From Marsupella aquatica (Eukaryota; Plantae; Marchantiophyta), in NCBI GenBank assembly GCA_973895155.1, contig OZ316892.1, forward strand, positions 29,704,932-29,768,931: DNA of 64,000 bases. The letters run 5' to 3'. This document shows positions 10,440-21,433 of this stretch, in pieces. Position 1 is the first letter of the stretch. Each line of letters begins with the position of its first letter. A model generated the notes under the pieces. That model made no database searches. It was not told the DNA's origin and saw only the letters and a list, made by a program, of their open reading frames with translations. The position numbers and the translations under genes were made by a program.

Positions 10440-11660
10440 TTTGCTATTGTTTATTGTAGTCGACGGCCTAGCAAAACAAAATATAATCGAGGTCCATTTT
10501 TCAGATCAAACTGATCTCAACTTGTTAGTAGGATGACCTGATTTTTTGGATACACATGTAGTTCATCACGCGCACAGTCGCGTGAACCAATTTATCTCGT
10601 GTCTTTTGATATTGTTTATTGTAGTCAACAGCCTAGCAAATTCTCCAGCAATCTATTTTAAAACCAACGTCTTTGTTTCATCACGCGCACGGTCGCGTTA
10701 ATATTTTAGAGGTCAGCGAAAGCTTTGCACTCTTACACGTAATCGCCCTTTATTTCTCAGATCCTCCTGATCTCAACTTGTTAGTAGGATGACCTGTTTT
10801 TTGGTTACACATGTAGTTTGTCACGCGCACAGTCGCGTGAACCAATTTATCTCGTATCTTTTGATATTGTTTATTGTAGTCGACAGCCTAGCGAATTGGC
10901 CAGCAATCTATTTTAAAACCAACGTCTTTGTTTCATCACGCGCACGGTCGCGTTAATGTTTTAGAGGTCAGCGAAAGCTTTGCACTTTTAGACGTAATCG
11001 CCCTTTATTTCTCAGATCTTCCTGATCTCAACTTGTTAGTAGGATGACCTGTTTTTTGGTTACACATGTAGTTTATCACGCGCACAGTCGCGTGAACCAA
11101 TTTATCTCGTGTCTTTTGATATTGTTTATTGTAGTTGACAGCCTATCGAATTGGCCAGCAATCTATTTTGAAACCGAGTTCTGTGTTTCATCACGCGACC
11201 GGTCGCATTAATGTTTTAGAGGTTAGCGAAAGCTCTGCACTCTTAGACGTAATCGCCCTTTATTTCTCAGATCTTCCTGATCTCAACTTGTTAGTAGGAT
11301 GACCTGTTTTTTTGGTTACACATGTAGTTCATCACGCGCACAGTCGCATGAACCAATTTATCTTGATATTGTTTATTGTAGTCGACTGCCTAGCGAATTG
11401 GCCAGAAATATATTTTAAAACCGAGGTCTTCGTTTCATCACGCGCCCGGTCGCGTTAATATTTTAGAGGTCAGCGAAAGCTCTGCACTCTTAGACGTAAT
11501 CGCCCTTTATTTCTCAGATCTGTCTGATCTCAACTTGTTAGTAGGATGATCTATTTTTGGTTACACATGTAGTTCATCACGCGCACAGTCGTGTGAACCA
11601 ATTTATCTCAAGTCTTTTTGATATTGTTTATTGTAGTCGACAGCCTAGCGAATTGTCAGT
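10440..11660. repeat. Tandem array of ~255-bp units (~4.8 copies), two CACGCG-N6-CGCGT palindromes per unit
   Basis: gatctcaacttgttagtaggatgac recurs at ~10513, 10769, 11024, 11279 and 11527. Confidence 0.93.
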
Positions 11661-11901
11661 GAGAGGAATCTCAATTTTTCCTTGATTGCAAAAATGGTTA
11701 CATCGATCCCGAAGGACTTCGAATGTGGAATCCATATCCACTAGCACTATCCAGGAATTTAACTGACCTGGTCTTTCGAACACTATTTTCCACGGGACGA
11801 AATTAAGCTACACACTATCTATAACAAGTTCTAACTTGAACTACTCTTGAATCTGTAGTTCTAATCTTTGACTACTCAAAATATTATTGACTTTGATCGA
11901 G

Positions 11902-12444
11902 TCAGTCATTCCAAGATGAAGGCATCCACTCATCGGTGTCTGGTGTGGATTCCCTTGAATCCAGAAATTCTTCCTTTGCCCAAGTCCTAACGTCCATAGA
12001 TTTTCTCGGCTTGCTCTTTCTGTAATACAAATCAGAATCTTCGTTCATCTCTAATTGCCTTTTCTTCGGTGCGTCCACTTTCTTGGCCTCCTTCTTGACT
12101 GTCTTAGCATCTGTTGCTGCTTCCCCCGAAATGGATTGGACGCATGCTCTGGCCTTCAACTTCTCCCCCCTCAAAACGGATTCCATGAGGGCTTTGCCCT
12201 TTAACTTCTCCCTTGATGCCATCTTTGTAGTCATCTCTGTCGGATTGGTCTCCATCTAATCTTCCATCGACAAATGTGGCGAACAATATCGTCTCTCACA
12301 AAACATTTGACCCAATTTAGTCACCGTAAACATTATATTACATCGCTGACACATTCTGTAAGGATTACCATGAATTCGATACGTCGAACCTTCTGAATCG
12401 TCCGTCGGACCATCCTCATTCTTTGAGCTCAGCGGAGTAGTCAT
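11902..12444 (-). pseudogene. Small cargo gene with Cys-rich (CxxC...Cx4C) putative Zn finger and basic/acidic tail; one in-frame TAG
   Basis: ORFs 12256..12444 and 11902..12255 abut in the same frame (TAG ATG); YRMCQRCNIMF...FCERRYC. Confidence 0.45.
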
Positions 12445-12921
12445 CGCCCTTCAAACAAGAGATGCGGACCGAGACTAAGAATTGGAAATGAGAGAGCTGA
12501 TGTGCGAATAGATTATCCAATAGCCAAAAAGTGGAATGCGTGGGGGAATGAGCAATAGGGATCATCTCAATGCTTTATACTGTTTAGTCTCCACTAGTCA
12601 TTGTCCATAGTGGTTTCTAGAAGAGAGTGCGCATTTGACTGGCGCGTATTAGAATTGGCGGGAAGTTCAGTTGTCCTCTAATTATGGCTTTAATTTCACG
12701 TTTGGCGACCGCCCCGGGAATACTGATTGCTAGTGAACTACTGAGATTTCTTATGAGGGTCAGTAGTTACTGACTGTCCGGTGTCCACTCATTGGTAAAC
12801 TGGTACTGTCCACTCATTTTTTCTGAGTGGAGTTGAAATGATTGTTCGTAATTGATTGTAGTCGTTCTCATTCACTTGAAATGACTGACAGACCATGCAT
12901 AATCTGTTACCGGTATGTGTG

Positions 12922-13230
12922 ATGCCTTTAGATCCGTAATTGTATCTTCCTATCTTGCGCGCAATCGTATCTTACTTATGAAGTACCAAGTATGAGCTAG
13001 AGTTTGGGCCTAGCCTTCTAGCTTCTACATCGTAGACCCTGTTATCCCTACACCCTCTGACTAAGGTCACGCGACATGCCTTTAGATCCGTAATTGTATC
13101 TTCCTGTCTCACGCGCAATCGTATCTTACTTATGAAGTACCAAGTACGAGCTAGAGTTTGGGCCTAGCCTTCTAGCTTCTACGTTGTAGACCCTGTTATC
13201 CCTACACCCTCTGACTAAGGTCACGCGACT
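12922..13230. repeat. 154-bp direct tandem duplication upstream of the transposase, flanked by a second dispersed duplicate (~12765-12920 vs ~13345-13470)
   Basis: atgcctttagatccgtaattgtatcttcc at 12922 and 13076. Confidence 0.88.
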
Positions 13231-13625
13231 AGTCGCATGCAGGGCAGTGCATTGACTATATTCTGCCTACTTATTGACGGTCGTGACAGGACAATGCAGT
13301 TCACGGACATTTTACTGGCGCTTATTAGCACTACTGTCCTCAGCAGTTACTGACTGTCCACTCATTTGTTCTGAGTGGATGTGAAATGATTGATCGTAAT
13401 CGATTGTGGTCATTCTCATTCATTTGAAATGACTGACGGACCATGCATAGTCTGTTGCCGGTATGTGGTACCTCTAGGGTCACGCGACCAGTCGCGTGCA
13501 ACGCAATGCATTGACTACATTCTGCTTATTGACCGACGTGACAGGACAGTGCAATGAAATTGACGGACGTGACAGGACTGTACGCTTACAGTGATATTCT
13601 CTGATGTGCAGGATCATAATTATTA

Positions 13626-16600
13626 TGGTGACATCGATAGTATGGATCAGGGAAGGTGGACAAGTTATTATAGGCATACGTGAGAAACAGGTTGGAAAAG
13701 GTCGCGTGATAAGTCTTGATCCTTCCAGGGTTTGTCACAATGTTCCTCTTGGGGCGGACAGAGTTCTTCTTCTATTGGAGGAAGTTTTTGACGAGACCAT
13801 TCTATGCGAAGATGGCAAACTTTTGAAGGACATGATTGGGGGTTACCTTGTATGGGAAAGGAATCAGCTTTTTTGAGCTCCCATAGAATCGGAGGATGTG
13901 TTTGGCACTGTTGGTGATGATCAAGATCCAGTCAATCAAAATTCTGATGGGAACAACCATAATGAGAGTCGGTCTGGTGTGGAAGTAGTTTTACCAAAGG
14001 CCTTGTGGATGGGCATGCCTGTAAAGGTGGTGGATGAGAACAAGTTGATTTTTGCAGTGGCAACTATACATGTTCTAGATCCTATAGTGAAGCTTGGGGA
14101 TATATGTCACCATTGGGAATACACATGTGGGAATTCTGATCAACAATTTTGTCAAGGGAGCTACCATAGATCATCTGAAGCATAGAGATTGCTTAAAAGC
14201 TTGGTCGATGGACCAACTCATTGCCAAGGATGGCAACTTGTTGTCTTTCCACAACATCAGGCAAGCTGTGGGAGGGAACACATCTCCAACAAGTGGCAAG
14301 CGGTCTTACGTCCATAAAAGTAGGAAAGAAAGAGTCCATCTTCCCAGACATCTAGAAGAGACACATCTTTGGCACGTCAAGATGTGTTGTTGATAAACAC
14401 TAAGGACTGTTGTAGTGAACATTGTTGCCAATATTTGGACCGCAACTTGGCTATGGCAATTAGGCAAAAGTGGTGGTCAAAATCTTTTGCGGAGCGCAAG
14501 GAGGAGGAAATCAAGGCTATTAAAAATACAATACACTTGGGTACTGGAGAAAGGATTCTAGCAGTGGAAGGCAAAGTATTGTGCTTGGAGGCATGGAGAA
14601 TCATTCATTCAAGAGGAAAGACTCAATTTTATGCCTTGAAGAAGACTGTGATGGCTGGAATGAACATAGGTACCCATGGTAATGCTGGAAAAGGCGTATG
14701 TCCGAGAAAGTATCTCAAGCATTCATGTCAATGAAAGAGATTATTGAGGAGGCAGCTGATCATCATCCAGCCAAGTTGCATGAGAACCATGGCAGATAAT
14801 ACAAGGATGGTTTTGAGGGAATTGCCAACAAATCTTACTTGGGAGAATATTAGAAATAGGGTTAATATTGTCAACCAGGAGGCTGGTCTTCCTCCAATTT
14901 CCCAACCCACCTTGAGTCATCTACATCAGATGTATTTCAGGGAGTTCTCACGTCACAAAAAGGGCAACAACTTTTCAAAGTGTACAACTTGTAGTGAGTT
15001 GCTTCAACAAAAAGCAAACCTTACAGGAGCTAAGGAAGAGTTAGAGGGCCTAAGGCGTGACGAGGAGGAACATCACCAAGACCACACACAGCAAAGAATG
15101 TGCTATCATACTTGGAGATATGAGTCCATCCATCGTCCAAAGGAAGTGTTATGCCTTATTCATGATAAGATGGATCATTCAAAGACAGCTCTCCCAAGAA
15201 TGCCCTTCAATCCTAAGCATGTGGATGGTGCCCAAAAGTTCCCAATTACTGTCACTGGTATCCTTACTCATGGTCATGGTCCCAAGGCCATAGCCCAATA
15301 TCATGTTGGAGTGTGGCCAGGTGATGTCAACATCACTATTGGGTCAATTGATTCAATACTAAGGATGTTGGAAAACCCAAATCCAATGATCAAATCACTT
15401 GTGGAGGGGCCAGACTCGACAAGTCTTTTTAAAGACCTCCTTTTTGGGAGAGCAGATATCTTGGAGGCAAGTGTCCTTAGAGCATTTGAGGATGACATTG
15501 CCTACATCTCAAGCCTAGGTACTTTACTCACAATCCTTTAATTTATTATTATTTAATAATATAAGCTCACACACACTGACACTCTACTTTGTGTAGTTGT
15601 TGCTCCTCCTAGCCAAGGTTTCATTAATAGGGTTTAAACCCTAAACCCTAAATTGGGGTTTAGGGTCTGACTAGGGTTTTATTTAAAAGCATTCTGAGAT
15701 TGTTACATTGTGATGCAACACCTGAGGCACCAAAGTTCAGGCCCCTTCCACGAGTATTGAAGCTACAACTGGATAATTGTGCCTCAGACAACAAGAACAG
15801 ATATATGATGGCTTATTTGTCATTGTTGACGGCAAGGGAAGTGTTTGAAGAGGTTCATCTTGGTTTTATGGTGGTTGGGCATACTCATGAGGACGTTGAC
15901 GGTATGTTCGGGCATTTTTCAGAGTCTATGATGCATAACCCCACATACTCATTGCCTGAGTTAATGTCCTTGTTCATGAGAGCAAGGACACCCAATGCAG
16001 TCCCACATTTTCTATAGGAGGTCCCAGATTTCAAAAACTACTTAGCTCCATTCATGTTGAAGGGCCCTGAGGCATTGGTGGGGCATTTAAAACCCAGACT
16101 GTTTAGGTTCTATGTTCGTCATGATAGTATGCCATGCTTCCAATACAAAATGAAGTCAACTGATTAGGGATGGTTACCCAAGGAAGGTATTGAAATGTGG
16201 TCATGGAAAGATGACAAAAGTCCTCACATCCCAATTGGGGTGCCCAAACGGCTACCAATGATGGAGTTGAAAATGCTTCCTGAAGTGCTGACAGGGTTGA
16301 AGAAGCATGTGTCATTCTTTGAGTTTATTCTAAAGCGAACAAAAGAGGAAGAACCAAAGCGACGTTGGACAACTATCATCAATTATTGGAATGACATTGT
16401 AGATACTCTACAGGGTGAGCAGGTGCAATATGAACCTGAAGGTGCACACAACTTGGAATACGGGTTTTGGCCTTTATCAATATGGAGAGAGCACGTTCCA
16501 CCAGAATATCGAAATGTGGCATGTGAGTTGGAGGCAACAGTGGATTATGTGGGACCAGCAAAAGATAAACCTCCTGAGAGTTTTAACCCTAGGGTTGATG

Positions 16601-17015
16601 TTGTGAAGGGCTGTTATGTGTTGGTACGGCCGGACGACTCAGACCTGATGTTTATCCCGTCCATATGGGGTTAGTTGTTACAGATGTGGTAGAAGGACCA
16701 GTGAATGAACAAAACCTTCTTACTCATGTATGTGGCGTTGAGTGGTTTAGACCATTTATGGCAAAGAAGCAATGTGGTCAATCAGATTGGCAGCCAAGAG
16801 AGCGGTGGGCAGATTCTTGGGATAAGAAATGAGAACGTGATCCAACTCCAATATACAAGGAAGCTGAGACAATAGATGTTTCCTCTGCCTTGTGGTGTTT
16901 CAAAGCACGCCAAGGACCAGTGACAGGGCTGGTAGGAATTCCAAAGAATGTTGTTGTCAAGGCAAGAGACTATCTCTTGACATGCATAGCAAGTGACAAA
17001 TCCTAGACAGTAATG
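13626..17015 (+). pseudogene. DUF7869-type / Sola-like DDD transposase with N-terminal Tnp1/En-Spm-like (DUF8039-like) domains
   Basis: Core motifs LIHDKMDHSK, LQLDNCASDNKNRYMMAYLSLL and FMVVGHTHEDVDGMF; FSKCTTC...H...H Zn motif; CCSEHCC and LCLEAW; N-terminal VGKGRVISLDP..CHNVPLG...GGYLVW. Several frameshifts and in-frame stops (13874 TGA, 16015 TAG). Intron region ~15519-15717. Confidence 0.8.
15628..15680. repeat. Short telomere-like TTTAGGG/CCCTAAA cluster in both orientations inside a transposase intron
   Basis: tagggtttaaaccctaaaccctaaattggggtttagggtctgactagggtttt. Confidence 0.75.
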
Positions 17016-17097
17016 AAGCATGTAGTTTAGCATACAGTTTAAAAGGCAACTCAGAATAGTAGTAGGCAGAGAACTCAAGTTTAGACAAGTCTTATCG

Positions 17098-17556
17098 TTG
17101 GTTAGTTTATTTAAGATATAATATTAGTTAGTGGGGCCTTAGTTTGGTGATATTAAGGCATGATATTATTGACATTCAAATGAATGTCCAGTAGACATTG
17201 TAATATACAACAATCCTATTAATAAATAATAATTATAGTTACACCTTCAAGTGAACTCAACTTTCAATGATTTTCTGATTTTATATGGTTCCATGCCTGA
17301 TTGAGTCAAAGCAATAGAAACTAACTAATTAAAGGGTGATACTATGATTGTAGGTCACGCACCCTGGTGCGTGTCAATCTTTTTTTGCATTCAACCCTAT
17401 AGTAATTAAATAGACAAGTTAGTTAGTTGGTTAGTTTATTTAAGATATAATATTAGTTAGACAGTGGGGCCTTAGTTTGGTGATATTAAGGCATGATATT
17501 ATTGACATTCAAATGAATGTCCAGTAGACATTGTAATATACAACAATCCTATTAAT
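17098..17556. repeat. ~127-bp direct repeat pair downstream of the transposase
   Basis: ttggttagtttatttaagatataatattagtta...caacaatcctattaat at ~17098-17224 and ~17427-17556. Confidence 0.88.
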
Positions 17557-18072
17557 TGTTGTAAAGGGTGGTCAATCTTTTTTGTATTCAACCCTATAGT
17601 AATTAAATAGACAATTGAAACAATGAATGACAGTTTAATTAAGGATTTGTGCATGGATCAAGAGGTACTTGATGTCATTTAGTGATGCATTGTTATAAAG
17701 ATCTTGCAACAAAACATTTGAAGTTTTTGACTATCCCACCAAATGTTAAAGAGGTTGATCATTCATTAACTTATAATATTTAGATAAAATTGGAATTAAT
17801 CTAATACTTCAGTATTCCTTAAATTGGGGTTATAGGTTTCATTTTCGTTGAAGTCTCTCAATGATGCGTTTGCATCACCTCAATGTTTCTTACATTGAGA
17901 CTAAAATTTGTAATTAAGAAACTGACCTCTGGTTAAGAGACTGACCTCTGGACCAGTTTCTTACTCTTGACTCCATGGCTTTCCTCGAGAAAATCAAAGG
18001 TCAAAAGAGGAGACAACCATGATTGTGCTGGGAGCCCACCTTTAGGGGTGTATGTAACTGCACATCAAAATG

Positions 18073-18273
18073 TGACATATAGGGTGGCTGACCTCCCTCC
18101 ATCCTCCATAGCATGATAAACCCCTTTATTTTCTTTAAATCAATGAGTGCCCACCATATATTAACACATTTTGACATATAGGGTGTCTGACCTCCCTCCA
18201 TCCTCCATAGCATGATAAACCCCTTTATTTTCTTTAAATCAATGAGTGCCCACCATATATTAACACATTTTGA
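18073..18273. repeat. ~99-bp tandem duplication within a ~240-bp insertion in the RLK remnant
   Basis: tgacatatagggt...ttaacacattt occurs twice; flanks align with 38020-38045. Confidence 0.85.
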
Positions 18274-18374
18274 TGTGTGATTGACTCACGTTCATAACTA
18301 TGGAGCATGCGAGTATGGACCAATCTTCAAAGTGAAAAATTTGTTCCAAGTAAGAAGAATAGAAAATCAATATA

Positions 18375-20247
18375 CAGTGTCTAAGTGCAAGCTCCCTACA
18401 AGGCGCTCTCGGGAAGGCACTCCAAACTTGCACTTATCCACTTGATGTAATATGTGATAAGTGCAATGGGATATCCTTTATGCACTTGTCCAGATGTGCA
18501 TGTTGCACTGTAAAATAAGGGCATGTTTAAAGCTTACTCACTTCTTTGATGTGTTGTGAGGTCATACACATTGGATTCCTCATACCCCAAATTTTCATAT
18601 TGCACAATTCATCTGGATAAGTGCATGGATAAGTGCATGAAACTGCTGTATGTAATTATCCATTGCAGTTATTAAGGAATGCTTCTGGCTCATGCATTAT
18701 TGTAACTCATAGATGCATGATCATCGTTTAGATGAAAATGCACTTGCGTATTCGTCTTTTAGTGACACTCACATACAATGCATTTTTTTATTATTGGCTG
18801 AACAAAGTTCAGCAGTTGTGATGGGGCCAGAAACGCCCCATGATGTGTCTGTTTGCAATACTTGGGTACAATTCTTTGTCCACTTGACATGTACACTTGT
18901 TCTAACTAGGCCCTACAGTATTGTCATGATGGCTTATTGACGAGAGGAAAGTACTTTCCTGTTAGTATTTTCCAATGTAAAGTTCAGCTATTGTGACTAA
19001 ATCTCTTTGGTCAAGGCATGGTTTTAATTTTCAATTGTGACCTTGGAAGGCTGTCGTCTTTGTCTTTCCATTTAAAAAAATAATTTAGACCCAAATATAT
19101 GCATCTTTATGAAAATGTCATTGCAGAGTGTAGGACTCTAACACTACAGTAGGCTTTTCAATCCCAAGGGATAACCGCCACCACTCTGCCACACAATGAT
19201 GATGCGCATTATGTCCCTGATATTATATTACATTATAAGTATTTATGACCATGGCCTCTCTTTCTCAGTCTCCCTTGTTCACCATTCAAAACTTTATAAT
19301 CAATTGCATTACTTCATAATAAACGATTCTTAATAAGCTAAATATGATAACATTGTTCTGATAATAGGATGCCCTTACATTACCAAAGGGTCCTCTAACT
19401 AATTGAGTGAACATACTTATATATGGGCATGTGTAATAGAATATTAAATTCACTTCTAGGAGTGAGTCACATGTGTAGCATTTAATGGTGTCCTGTAATT
19501 TAGTGAACATTGACCTGAAATGGTTACAGCCAGTTCCCTATGCTGGAATTAAAAAACATTCTAACTGCCACTAGTTGCATTTGAACCCCACTTTTGGGGA
19601 AGGATATATGTTACAAGGCTTTGGGAAGGATGTGTGTTAAGGCTGCTGGTGGATGTGTGTTAAGTTTCAAGTGTCGCTGGAGAAGTCTGAACCCCACTTT
19701 TGGGGGGATGTGTTAAAAGGGATATGAAGCAAACAATATTTGTACCCAACACTTCTGTCACCCCACTCTCACTATCTACAACCAACCCAACCCATGGCCT
19801 GTTGTATGATGATGGTGGTAGTTTCCACTTATTTATCTTTGTTCTGTGGGTAGCAAACCTGCACCTATGGGGCTATGGGCAGCCACAACTCGCACAACGA
19901 ACTGCATTCTGTAATGCAGGGGGTCTCAAAATTAGGGCCAGGTCATCCTGCCACAGAATGACCCTCATGTCCGTGAGGGTGACTGCGGGCTCATTTCACA
20001 GGCTTGAAATTTTTTTGGTTTTAACTTTTTGACGCACTGGGATACCAGTGCTCTGCTCTCCTGTCAAAAAACCACAGGGTGGCATGTGTGCCCGTCAAAA
20101 AACCCCACGGTGATAGTGTGTAGACCTGCCCTGGGGGCTGCCGCACGCCTTTATGGCCAAGTCCGCCTGAACCTAACTCAGACTGCCCGGAAAGAAGCCA
20201 CTGCCTATATTTGAGTGCCGCAAACAATGAGTCAGGTGAGTCCCCTG
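18375..20247. mobile_element. Probable non-autonomous DNA-TE-derived insertion(s)
   Basis: Absent from the other module copies. The left part has multiple GGATAAGTGCA/TGCACTTATCC motifs in both orientations (18430-18640). CAGGGG...CCCCTG imperfect inverted ends at 19917/20247. No TSD found. Confidence 0.35.
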
Positions 20248-20462
20248 ACTTATAGAAGGAAATAAAATTGTTAGTGAGGGAACACTTTTGGAGGCAACGA
20301 AAAAGTTCTCCTCAGGCGTGACTTATAGAAGGAAATAAAATTGTTAGTGAGGGAACACTTTTGGAGGCAACGAAAAAGTTCTCCTCAGGCGTGACTTATA
20401 GAAGGAAATAAAATTTTTAGTGAGGGAACACTTTTGGAGGCAAAGAAAAAGTTCCCTGAGGC
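20246..20462. repeat. 73-bp tandem repeat x3
   Basis: tgacttatagaaggaaataaaa... starts at 20246, 20319 and 20392. Confidence 0.92.
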
Positions 20463-20909
20463 CGGTGCCGCGAAAATTACTAGAGGCCGCAAAAGAACCG
20501 GATCTTTCAGGCCAAATTATTACATTACGCTGAAGCGTAGAAGTCTGTGACAGTAGTAGAGTCGAAGGTGACGACGGCCTGCGCTCCTGGATATGGTGGC
20601 CCTCCTCAATCGGTTCATCGATCGTAATACCTGCTTCACAAATCGGCTGAGCCATAGCCATATTTCTGAAGAGTCCTCGGCCCACTTGGGCGGAAAAAGT
20701 TTGGAAGGTTTCGAGCTGATTTATAGCTGAGCGCCTCGTTCGTCGGGCCACATTCTGAAAAGGTTAGAGCTCGATCTCTCTGAGCTCTGTTACTTGGTAA
20801 CGTGTACGTCATTCATGGTTCTAGCTCAATCTGTTTATAAGCCCAGATCTGGGAGAGATTTTAATCCGTCCTCCTCACCACTATGTTTAGAGGTTTTCGG
20901 AGTTTAGGG

Positions 20910-20966
20910 TTCCTTTCCTTTCCTTTCCTTTCCTTTCCTTTCCTTTCCTGCCTTGCCTTGCCTTGC
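20910..20966. repeat. (CCTTT)n/(CCTTG)n microsatellite
   Basis: tcctttcctttcctttcctt...ccttgccttgcc. Confidence 0.9.
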
Positions 20967-21433
20967 CACTCCCTCTCCGGACTGCTCTGTTCTAGCTGAT
21001 TTTGGCGTTCCATTTGATTCAGAGCTTTTTTTTCGACCCTGCCCTCCACGACTTGGACAGGCAATCTAGCTTCCAAGCATCAAATGTCAATGCTTGCTTG
21101 TCGTTGCCGAGTAAGGGAATATGCTAGGCTGTGATGGGTTCAGCGAAGGCAGATCCGAGCATTAACATTTTAGATGGGCTTTTCAGGATTGAAACACAAA
21201 TCTTAAATGTCACTCAATCGACCTTTGATAGTACGGTGTGGTTATTGGTTTGAGAGGTTCTAAAGTCCGGAATTCACAAGCCAGGAATTTGGAGGAGAAA
21301 ACTACTACTAGTGATAATTGGGGATGAAACTGAATTTTTCTATTATTGGAGCCAGGATAGCGCAGACGAAACTCATAGCAATGCTATTACGATTGTTGGT
21401 AGTTGCAGTGGAATATTTGTGACCTTTACAAGC

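Larger units (their letters stand above)
1..17830. mobile_element. Large (>17.8 kb) decayed DNA transposon with DUF7869/Sola-like transposase and cargo genes; left end outside window
   Basis: Transposase remnant at 13626-17015. A shared palindromic motif runs from 2071 to ~17373, with several internal tandem arrays. Similarity to the host RLK module resumes at ~17838 (tcattttcgttgaagtctctcaatgatgcgtttgcatc, compare 48988). No TIR or TSD identified, so the right boundary is approximate. Confidence 0.65.

Noticed and set aside
1-17830. Endogenous giant virus, Helitron or Replitron interpretation
   Set aside because: No capsid, DNA polymerase, packaging ATPase, helicase or HUH motifs were seen in the window, and a DDD-type transposase is present. 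The unseen left part could change this.
19917-20247. hAT-type MITE with CAGGGG ends
   Set aside because: Inverted ends are short and imperfect, and the flanking 8-mers (ctgtaatg vs acttatag) do not match; kept only as part of a low-confidence insertion.
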